Shown here one piece after another: positions 49,277 to 64,000 of a DNA stretch of 64,000 nucleotides (position 1 is its first letter; each line of letters begins with the position of its first letter). Location: assembly GCF_009914755.1 (NCBI RefSeq), contig NC_060938.1. One strand, given 5' to 3'. The position numbers and the translations under genes were made by a program. This stretch comes from the human T2T-CHM13v2.0 reference genome, Homo sapiens. The notes under the pieces were generated by a model. It was not told the DNA's origin, made no database searches, and was given only the letters and a program-made list of their open reading frames with translations.

Positions 49277-49573
49277 TAATGGGGTTATTTGGTTTTTGCT
49301 TATTCAATTGTTTAGGTTTCTTATAGACTCTGGATATTAGAAATTTGTCAGATGCATAGTTGTGAATACTTTCTCCCATTCTGTAGGTGGTTTATTTACT
49401 CTATTGGTAGTTTCTTTTGCTGTGCAGAAACTATTTAGTTTAATTTGGCCAACTTGTCTATTTTTGGTTTTGTTGCAATTGCTTTTGAGAACTTAGTCAT
49501 AAATTATTTCCCAAGGCTGATGTCCAGAATGGTGTTTCCAAGCTTTTCTTCCAGGATTCTTTTTTTTTTCCTC

Positions 49574-49733
49574 TTTTTTTTTTAATTATTATACTTTAAG
49601 TTCTAGGGTACATGTGCACAACCTGCAGGTTTGTTACATATGTATACATGTGCCATGTTGGTGTGCTGCACCCATTAACTCGTCATTTACCTTAGGTATA
49701 TCTCTTAATGCTTTCCCTCCCCACTCTCCCACC
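49574..49733 (-). mobile_element. L1PA3-5 extreme 3' end
   Basis: ATACTTTAAGTTCTAGGGTACATGTGCACAAC..CCCATTAACTCGTCATTTA; TSD CCTCTTTTT. Confidence 0.88.
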
Positions 49734-49769
49734 CCTCTTTTTTTTTTTTTTAAGTTCCGGGATACCTGT

Positions 49770-50120
49770 TGATATGGTTTGACTGTGTCCCCACCCAAAT
49801 CTCATCTTGAGTTCCCATGTGTTGTGGGAGGGACCTGGTGGGAAGTAATTGAATCATGAGGGCAGGTTTTTCCCATGCTGTTCTCGTGATAGTGAATAAG
49901 TCCCATGAGATCTGTTGGTTTTAAAAACTGGAGTCTCCCTGCACAAGCTCTCTCTTTGCCTGGTGCTATCTAAGTAAATGCAACTTGCTCCTCCTTGCTT
50001 TCTGCCATGATTGTGAGGCTTCCCCAGCCATATGGAACTGTAAGTCCATCATAAACCTCTTTTGTAAAGTGCCCAGTCTCAGGTATGCTTTTATCAGCAG
50101 CATGAAAATGGACTAACACA
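49770..50120 (+). mobile_element. THE1B solo LTR
   Basis: TGATATGGTTTG..GACTAACACA; TSD CCTGT/CATGT. Confidence 0.92.
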
Positions 50121-50863
50121 CATGTGCAGGATGCAAAGGTTTCTTACATAGGTAAACATGTGCCATGGTGGTTTGCTGCACCTATCAACCCATCACCTAG
50201 GTATTAAGCCCTGCATACATTAGCTATTTAACTTCTAGGATTCTTATAGTTTGGAGTCTTACATTTACATCTTAATCCATCTTGAGTAAATTTTTGTATA
50301 CGGTGATAGGTAGGGGTCTAGTCTTTTTCTTCTGCATATGGCTAGCAAGCTATCCCAGCACCATTTATTTAATATGGAGTTCTTTCCCTATTGCTTGTTT
50401 TTGTCTACTTTGTCAAAGATCAGATGGCTGTAGGTGTGCAGCTATATTTCTGGGCTTGCTATTCTGTTCCATTTGTCGATGTGTCTGTTTTTGTACCAGT
50501 ACCATGCTGTTTTGGTTACTGTTGCCTTGTAGTATAGTTTGAACTTGGGTAATGTGATGCCTCCAGCTTTGTTCTTTTTGTTTAGGATTGCTTTGGCTAT
50601 TCAGCCTCTTTTTTTGTTCCATATTATTGTTTTTTTCTAATTCTGTGAAAAATGCTATTGGTAGTTTGATAGGAATCGAATCTATAGATTGCTTTGAGCA
50701 GTATGGCCATGTTAATGATATTGATTCTTCCAATCCATGAGCATGGAATGTTTTTTCATTTGTTTGTGTCATCTATTATTTGTTTTAGCAGTGTTTTATA
50801 GTTCTCCCTGTAAAGATCTTTCACCTCCTTGGTTAGATGTATTCCTAGGTATTGTGTGTATGT

Positions 50864-50866
<3 letters not shown>

Positions 50867-50903
<37 letters not shown>
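50867..50903. repeat. (TG)n microsatellite
   Basis: Seen directly. Confidence 0.95.
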
Positions 50904-50904
<1 letters not shown>

Positions 50905-50908
50905 GTAA

Positions 50909-51229
<321 letters not shown>

Positions 51230-51512
51230 TGGGATTGCTTCTTGATTTGGCTCTCAGCTTAAATATTGTTGGTATATAAAACTGCTACTGATTTTTGTAC
51301 ATTGATTTGGTATCCTGATACTATACTGAAGTCAAGGATTTCTTAAACAAGACCCAAAAGTACAAACTATAAAAGATTGACAAATTTAATATATTAAAAC
51401 CATCACTTTCATTCATTGAAATACATCTTAAAGAAAGTGTGACATTATAAACTGGGAGAACTACTTTCAATAGGCATAACTGAAAAAGGATTAGTATTAA
51501 TAATATATAAGG

Positions 51513-51973
<461 letters not shown>

Positions 51974-52288
51974 TCATTTTATGCCCGTTTTACTGGCAAA
52001 ATTAAAACAATACACTGACAATTCCAAGTGTTAATGAAGAGGTAGATCCATGGAATATCTTTAAGCTTAACAGTGGGTGTGTAAATTGATACAACCACTT
52101 TGGAAAAACATTTGACAATATCTACTAAAACTAAATATATACCCTAAAGTGCATTCCATCCACTATTAGGAATAGACCCAAAAGAATGTACACCAAAAAA
52201 AACCACATATGATAATGTACATAGCAGTACTCTCCACAATGGCAAAAACATGCTAAGAAAGCAAATGCCTTTCAAGAAATACTAGATG

Positions 52289-52683
<395 letters not shown>

Positions 52684-52875
52684 TCATAGCAATATAAAAA
52701 AAGTTGTCAAAATTCTTTAAGATGAAGACACATCAAATGTTTCTAATTCCAAATGTCTTAAATTACAATATAAGTAAAACTGGACATTTAAGCTGAGATG
52801 TAGCTGAAGAGTAGTTATGCCAGGTCACAACCTTTAAATAAACAAATTCATCTATTTTTCTGAAGTACAGGAGTA

Positions 52876-53169
<294 letters not shown>

Positions 53170-53279
53170 ATTAAATGTACATTTATCATATGAGCCAGTG
53201 GTTCTACTACTGGAAATTTATCCAAGATAAATAAAGACATGTGTCCACAAAAAGACTTGGAAAAAAATCATGCTAACAT

Positions 53280-53424
53280 CCCATCTCAGCCTCCCAAGTA
53301 GTTGTGACTACAGGCACATGGCACCATGCCCAGCTAATTTTTGTATTTTTGTAGAGACAGGATTTCACCATGTTGTTTAGGCTGGTCTCAAACTTCTCAG
53401 CTCAACCAATTGGCCTGCTTTGGC
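53280..53424 (-). mobile_element. Internal AluJ fragment truncated at both ends
   Basis: Only the linker-spanning portion is present. Confidence 0.8.
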
Positions 53425-53449
53425 GTAACTCAAATGTTTATCAGCAGAA

Positions 53450-53798
<349 letters not shown>

Positions 53799-54258
53799 TC
53801 ATCTAATGGGTAATCAAAATTGTTGGCTCTTTAAAACAAAGCAAAATTTTTTTAAGGTTGGTTCCTTCTCTTTCTCTCTCTTACTCATTCTCTCTCTTTC
53901 ATCCTAAATATAGAAACTCTTATGCTCTTAAGCACCTTGCTGGCATCTTTGTAGAAGATTTTAAAGGATATGTACACTGGAGAAGACAACAGTTTCTGGA
54001 TTCTAATTGATTCTGCTTTAGAGAAAATTTTTGTACCTTACTGCTGTAAGGAATGGGAGTCTATTCCAGTCAGCTATGGAAAGAAACAAAATTGAACTTA
54101 TAGAACACACTGATGAAATTCATGGTTTAGGCAATGGCGGTCTATAGTATGCCAAGCAATACCTCCCTGGTGTGGAAGCAATATGGTCCTATGCAGCCCT
54201 TGCAGATTTAAAGCATCAAACAAAAGACCAACAGATATTTACAGATTCTAAAATGATA

Positions 54259-55213
<955 letters not shown>

Positions 55214-55885
55214 CAGTTTGGTTTCATTCACTTTTGGTTTTCCCCCGTGTGCTGTCCTGAGATTGAGTAGTCCATTATCTCAGTGTTTTAGTCTGGTAAA
55301 TGCTAAGTCCCTTTATTTGCAGACCTAACATTCTCGATCAGGAGCCTGGATGTTGCAAGGACCACTGGAATGAGAACAGCGGCAATGAAAATAGGAAGGT
55401 GTCTCTGGAAAAAGTGTGACCTCTTGGGGTGACCGAGGCACTCACTCCATAGTGGGTTGATTGTGCTCCCTGAAGATGTGCCAGGAGGACCAACATACTC
55501 TTCAGGCCCCCAGAGTCATGGTAATTCCCATTCTAGGTGATTATCTGACAAAACAACAATGTGAGATGTTTGCTCCTAGTGTGTACGGCCTCCCCTTGAG
55601 TCCTCAGATGCCTGGAGATGATTTATGCCTCAAGTCCCCAGCCTTCAAGGTCCTGCACCATCAAAACCATCCACAGTCAGCTATCTGTGCCCTTTTTACA
55701 CATTAACTCATTTGGTACTTGCAACACTTCAGTGCTTATTTTATAGATGAGATTATCTTCTGGACTGACCCACATTTCATTGACATTGTATTATGAAAAC
55801 AACTATCCAATTGGGAATTTTTCACTAGGACAGGAAGGATTATTTTAGTGATTAGATAACTGTAAACCAGCTAGTCTTTGTGTAA

Positions 55886-56182
<297 letters not shown>

Positions 56183-56544
56183 ACTAACCAGGAGAGAGTT
56201 TAATAAATATTCTTGCCTGGAGGTTGCTTCCACTGGATCAGATGCTGATCTATCCTGCCTTACAGGAATTCAGGAAATGAGCTTCACTTATTGCATCTCC
56301 CAACTCCTCTGTCTTCACCTCTCTCCATCTCTACCCTTCTCTCCCTCATCTCCTAGGAAGATTTACCTTCAGTCTTGCCCAAAAGCAGACCTACTAATTC
56401 TAGCCAGGCCTGAGGATTCTTCTTGGCTCAGGCATCCACATAATGCAATTAGGTTTAGGTAAGTTCTCAAAACCTAGCATCCCCTGCAATTATAACAAGG
56501 CTGAGCATGTGCACTTATGGGCCAATTACTCTCAAGAAACTTTA

Positions 56545-57258
<714 letters not shown>

Positions 57259-57544
57259 AGAAATTGAGCATACAAAGAGTGAATGACAGAGTCAGGAAAT
57301 AGTGAGACCCTCAGAGCCATTCTGTTCATTTGCTCTTCACATAGAGACAGAATAGAAAGCAGCAACATGATATAAACCAGCACAGAGTCCTAACTTTCTT
57401 ACCTCAGAAAAGCCTAAGTTTAACAACTGCCTGTTATAGAAATCCTGATCAGTCACCTGGTTCTGCTATTCTAAATTTTGAAAAAGAGGTAAGAAATCTG
57501 GTACAGAGGAAGCAGGTATTATGGCATATAGCAAGTTAGCAAGG

Positions 57545-57912
57545 TATCTTGGTCTGTTTTGTGCTGTATAACAGAAAACCATAGACTAGGCAATCTGCAA
57601 AGAAGATAAATTTATTTTATCGCAGCTCTAGAGTCTAGGAAGTACAAGATCTGGGTGCCAGTATCTGGCGAGGGCCTTCATGCCATGTCATCCCATGGCA
57701 GAAGGGTAAAGAGAGAGACAGTGCAAGAGGTGGCCAAACCCAGCCTTTTACAAGGAGCCCAGCCCCAAGATAACAAACCCACTCCCAAGATAATGGCATT
57801 AATTCATTCGTGAGGGTGGAGCCCTTGTGACTTAAACACTTCTTAAAGCTCCCAATACTGCTGCATTGGAGGTCAACATATGAACTTTGAGGGACACATT
57901 CAAACCATAACA
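57545..57912 (-). mobile_element. MSTC-like solo LTR
   Basis: TATCTTGGTCTGTTTTGTGCTG..GGGACACATTCAAACCATAACA; TSD CAAGG/CAAGA. Confidence 0.82.
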
Positions 57913-58203
57913 CAAGACTTTGTAGAAAAAGACTTTTGTAGCCAGAAAGAACCTTAGATATTAAAGGTCTAATAACCCTTTCATTTCACAGGAGATACAA
58001 ATGAGGCTTGGTCAAGGTCACACACCACGGTTATGACAGGAATCTTGGGTATCCTGACTCCCAAGCCAGTGTTCTTAGTTCTTTCTATACAGCATGAATG
58101 GTCCAATGACTCCAGCTTCCAGACAAAGTACAGATATATCCTGCACATCCACTGTTCATAAATGATATGCCACCATAATGGCTCTTGAAAATACCTTCTT
58201 TTG

Positions 58204-59096
<893 letters not shown>

Positions 59097-59611
59097 CCAA
59101 TATACATTTTTTTTTTGCTCTAAAACACTCTAAATAAATGACTATGAGAACTCATCTTTCAACACTACAACTTCAGGCAAAGAGACACCAGTTTACACAA
59201 CAAAACAGAGACCATCACATAGAACAAAAGTGAATTGTGTTTGGATGAACTCAAAATGTTTATTTTGGGTACATGCACCAACTGAGTAGGAATAAAAGGA
59301 AACATCTTGAGAGACTTCATTCTGTGCAGATGAATGAGTACCATTTCCACGAGTTTAGCCTTTATTGTGCCCTAAAGAAGTTTTCCTGCACTGTAACTTT
59401 ATTTTTAAGAGTAGTTTGAGTGCAAAACAGGAATAATCCCCAGAAAAGGTGAAAATTGGTCAAGAAAATGGTACAGAAAGAATACACTTTGCAAAGAATG
59501 ATGCCCTCAGACCTCTCCTACCAACCAACACTCCACCATTGGCAAGTTCAATAGACTTGTGTTTGTTGTGTGACATAGCGTGCACAGTATGTTTTCACAT
59601 GCTTTCTGTTT

Positions 59612-60660
<1,049 letters not shown>

Positions 60661-61033
60661 CTTTCAAATTATTGTACATTACTTTTATGAGCTTTTTTTC
60701 AAAGTTTAACTAGTATATTCTTCTTTCTGTGAAAATTACTCAAGTACCCTGTAGTGTCATAGAATAAATAATTTTTTCCGAAAACTTAATGGAATTTTTT
60801 CACTTAATAGCTTTTAACTCAGTGGTGGAGTTTTCTGGAACAAATTAAAGTCATTAACAAGGAACAAGTGTATTTAGAAAATCTATAATGAAGGACACAA
60901 ATGAGAAGTGGTCATTGTCATCATGCTTTGCTCCCTTGGCAATAAAGAAGCTATAGTACTCAGAAATCAGATAATGAAGTCTCCTGACCATGTAGAAAAC
61001 TTTAAAGAAAATTGTGTTTAAAGAGATTTCCCT

Positions 61034-61394
61034 GGCCTGGCATGGTGGCTCACGCCTGCAGTCCTAGCATTTTGGGAGGCCAAGGCAGGTGGATCTCTTG
61101 AGCCCAGGAATTTAAGGCCAACCTGGGCAACATGGCAAAAGTTTGTCTCACCAAAAATACAAAAATTAGCCATGCTGGTGATGCACGCCTGTGGTCCCAG
61201 ATACTTGGGAGGCTGAGGTGGGAAGATTGCATTGAGCCCAGCAGGTTGAGGCTGCAGTAAGCCAAGATCACACGACTTCACTCCAGCCTGCATGACACAG
61301 TGAGACCCTGTCTCCAAAGAAAAAAAAGAAGAAAGAAAGAAAGAAAGAAAGAAGGAAAGAAAGAAAGAAAGAGAAAGAAAGAAAAAGCAAGAGA
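61034..61394 (+). mobile_element. AluJb with (GAAA)n tail
   Basis: J diagnostics; TSD AAAGAGATTWCC. Confidence 0.9.
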
Positions 61395-61433
61395 AAGAGA
61401 TTACCAAAAGAAAATACAAAAAATAAAAAAATA

Positions 61434-61733
61434 GGCTGGGCGTGGTGGCTCATGCCTGTAATCCCAGCACGTTGGGAGACCAAAGCAGACAGATCCTTGA
61501 GGTCAGGAGTTTGAGACCAGACTGGCCAACATGACAAAACCCCATCTCCACTAAAAATATAAAAATTAGCTGGATGTAATGGTGCGCACCTGTAATCCCA
61601 GCTACTCCAGAGGCTAAGTTAAGGCAGGAGAATCTCTTGAACCCAGGAGACAGAGGCTGCAGTGAGCCAAGATGGCACCACTGCACTCCAGCCTGGACAA
61701 CAGAGTTAGAATCAAAAAAAAAAAAAAAAAAAA
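61434..61733 (+). mobile_element. AluS
   Basis: Full dimer with poly-A. Confidence 0.92.
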
Positions 61734-63291
61734 GAGAAAGGTGACTTCTCCCCAAGAGTCCTGACAACACCAACAATTAAACCACACTGGGCAGAGGACT
61801 ATTCAGAATTTCAGAAGCTATATTTGACAGAACTGGCCTAAGACAAAATTACACAATGGTAAAATTTGTCTCCTATATCCTTTTTACATTAGGTCAACAC
61901 CCCTTGGATTTCTCAAGCATGTCAGCACTGTTGGAGTGGACCATCTTTATCTTTTGGCCTCAGTTCCAAATATGCATTAGTTTTTATAAACCCTATCTTT
62001 TTGTGGTTGTCTGAATATGTCATCTGTGCTAGAGGCTCACACTTAGTCTTCATGAATGTTAATAAGAGTTAATTACCATCAAAGGAAGAATAGATGCACA
62101 AGTGTCATCATGAAATGGGACGTGTGGGTGTGTGAAAAGAAAATCCAGGGTGAACCAGACTCAGTCTATGAAATTCAACTAAACAGATTGCCAAGAGGCA
62201 AGTTTCATTTCTTTTTATTTTAGTCTCTTGTTGATTTGTCTGTGCTGCCAGGAATGTTTATCACTCCATCAACTCGTCCTTTAATATGCGATCTTGTTAT
62301 TATTTAGGAAATGAAACAAAAACCTCCTTTGGCATTAAAATAATGAGATATTACTCTTTATGGGCAACTGTTAGGGGTTTTAGTAACCCACATATCTTTG
62401 GTTCCCTGGGTAAAGGCTTATTGATTTTTCTAGCACTTGCTGTTAATGCTTGATGTTTGGCAATGGAGTCTCAGTCTACACGAGGGAGCTGTTTACACGG
62501 TCAGCATAATTATTATTGGGTTGTAGAATGTACATGAAGCTACTGGTACTTACACTCTTACAACATTATTATTAAACTAAACCATTTTTTTTATTTCATC
62601 GCTGTTACAGTTAAGGTCATAAGCACACCTATGGTGATCCCATTCGAACCTAAACTATATACAGTAAGAAGTTACAAAGTCAGCTCCCGAATATGGACCT
62701 GTCCTAAAATGTGTTCAGAGAGATCAGTGGGATCCTGCATTACTGGTGGCAGAACCACTGTAAGATACAAGCAGGAAAAAGGCGTGATTTTTCTCTTAAC
62801 ACCAGTCTCTTTCTCTCCCTACGTCTCCAGATACTTCACTCTCCTGCCTTTTTTCCAGACCTTAGTAACTCTAGCCATAGTCTCTATCAATGGAAATGCA
62901 CTCCCTTTCCTATTTGTCAGTGATGTTATGTAAGTATTTCAAGGTTATCTGAATTAATCAAGGTTTTACAATAAACCTTTAGTGGCAGCCTGCTGGGTCT
63001 GGTGAGCTGACTCAGAGCAAAGCACTGGTAAGGAGGGGTCACCCACGAAGAAATTGGAAGGCCTGAGCAAAGAACAGAAATCGAGGAAGATGATCAGATG
63101 GTATATGTCCAAAGTGAAGGCAAGGTTGGTCATTTAGGCTTAGAGCACAGCTTCCTGAAATGTGTCCTTTGGACTCTTAGAACAGGGTCCATTTGAGGTC
63201 CACACCAGCCACTTCTAGAGCCAGAGACTTTGAGTCCTTGCCCCAGGATCAGTGGTTCTCAAACTATACAGGCAGTCAGGGATCTCTTTCT

Positions 63292-63589
63292 TTATCTTTT
63301 TTTTTGAGACGGAGTCTCGCTCTGTCGCCCAGGCTGGAGTGCAGCGGCCTGATCTCCGCTCACTGCAAGCTCCGCCTCCCGGGTTCACGCCATTCTCCTG
63401 CCTCAGCCTCCTGAGTAGCTGAGATTACAGGCACTCGCCACCATGCCTGGCTAATTTTTTTGTATTTTTAGTAAAGATGGGGTTTCACTGCATTGGCCAG
63501 GCTGGTCTTTAACTCCTGACCTCAGGTGATCCACCCGCCTCAGCCTCCCAAACTGCTAGGATTACAGGCGTAAGCCACTGTGCCTGGCA
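63292..63589 (-). mobile_element. Mosaic Alu (AluSx left arm, AluY-type 3' right arm)
   Basis: Perfect 16-bp TSD TCAGGGATCTCTTTCT. Confidence 0.9.
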
Positions 63590-63811
63590 TCAGGGATCTC
63601 TTTCTAAGGGGCCTAATAGGAGAAATGAAGTGGGTGAGTGACAGAAGGAAGGGGAAGGCATTATGGTTCTACAGGCCTTCAATATTTCTGTCCCACAAAC
63701 AAATAATGGGAATCCACCATTTATTTATAACAGTCAGAAGGTCCAGTCTGGAATCTGCTCAAAGAATTTTCACCAAAGGAAGCCAGTTCTGGCTTCTCTA
63801 AATTATTTTCT

Positions 63812-64000
63812 GGCTGAACACAGTGGCTCACCCCTGTGATCCCAACACTTTGGGAGACTAGGAAGGGAGGATTGCATGAGCCCAGGAGTTCCAGACCAGC
63901 CTGAGCAACATGGTGAGACTTCCATCTCTACGAAAAATTTTATAAAAATTAGCTGGGCATTGTGGTGCACACTTATGGTCCTAGCTACTTGGAGTCTGAG
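63812..64000 (+). mobile_element. AluJ running off the window end
   Basis: J-type left arm and start of right arm. Confidence 0.88.

Larger units (their letters stand above)
49562..50231 (-). mobile_element. L1PA8-11-like short 3' end, split by L1PA4 and THE1B
   Basis: TSD CTTCCAGGATTCTT / CTTCTAGGATTCTT; CATCACCTAGGTATTAAGCCC. Confidence 0.8.

Noticed and set aside
63020-63110. Purine-rich exon-like stretch
   Set aside because: No acceptor with a pyrimidine tract, weak donor, and no recognisable peptide.

Overview
This is 64 kb of catarrhine-primate DNA, most likely human or great ape, since it carries AluY and an L1PA2/3-age element. I cannot support any cellular protein-coding exon, CpG island, tRNA or functional RNA gene, so it reads as intergenic DNA or the interior of a long intron. 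Most of the window is layered transposon sequence. I count about 49 Alu/FLAM/FRAM copies, L1 fragments from L1ME to L1PA2, more than 20 MaLR/ERV LTRs, one internally deleted MSTA provirus, MIR and L2 relics, and MER44A and MER102-like DNA transposons. The only long ORF (22494-24125) is the C-terminal half of L1 ORF2p. The other ORFs I could assign are Alu, L1, MaLR or simple-repeat translations, and none of the rest is recognisable. One tailless 5S rRNA retropseudogene lies at 40879-40965. I see no new multi-gene biological system. The most notable observations are: (i) three sites where the same L1-endonuclease target was used twice, leaving three TSD copies; (ii) a deeply nested L1/L1/L1/THE1B insertion; (iii) two adjacent Alus sharing private variants; (iv) a 436-bp TG..CA, CpG-retaining element I cannot assign; (v) LTR-borne DUX4 and OCT4-SOX2-like motifs and several repeat-free enhancer candidates; (vi) a strong plus-strand bias of retroelements. 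Repeat subfamily names come from recalled consensus sequences, not a database search. Boundaries of old elements are approximate.
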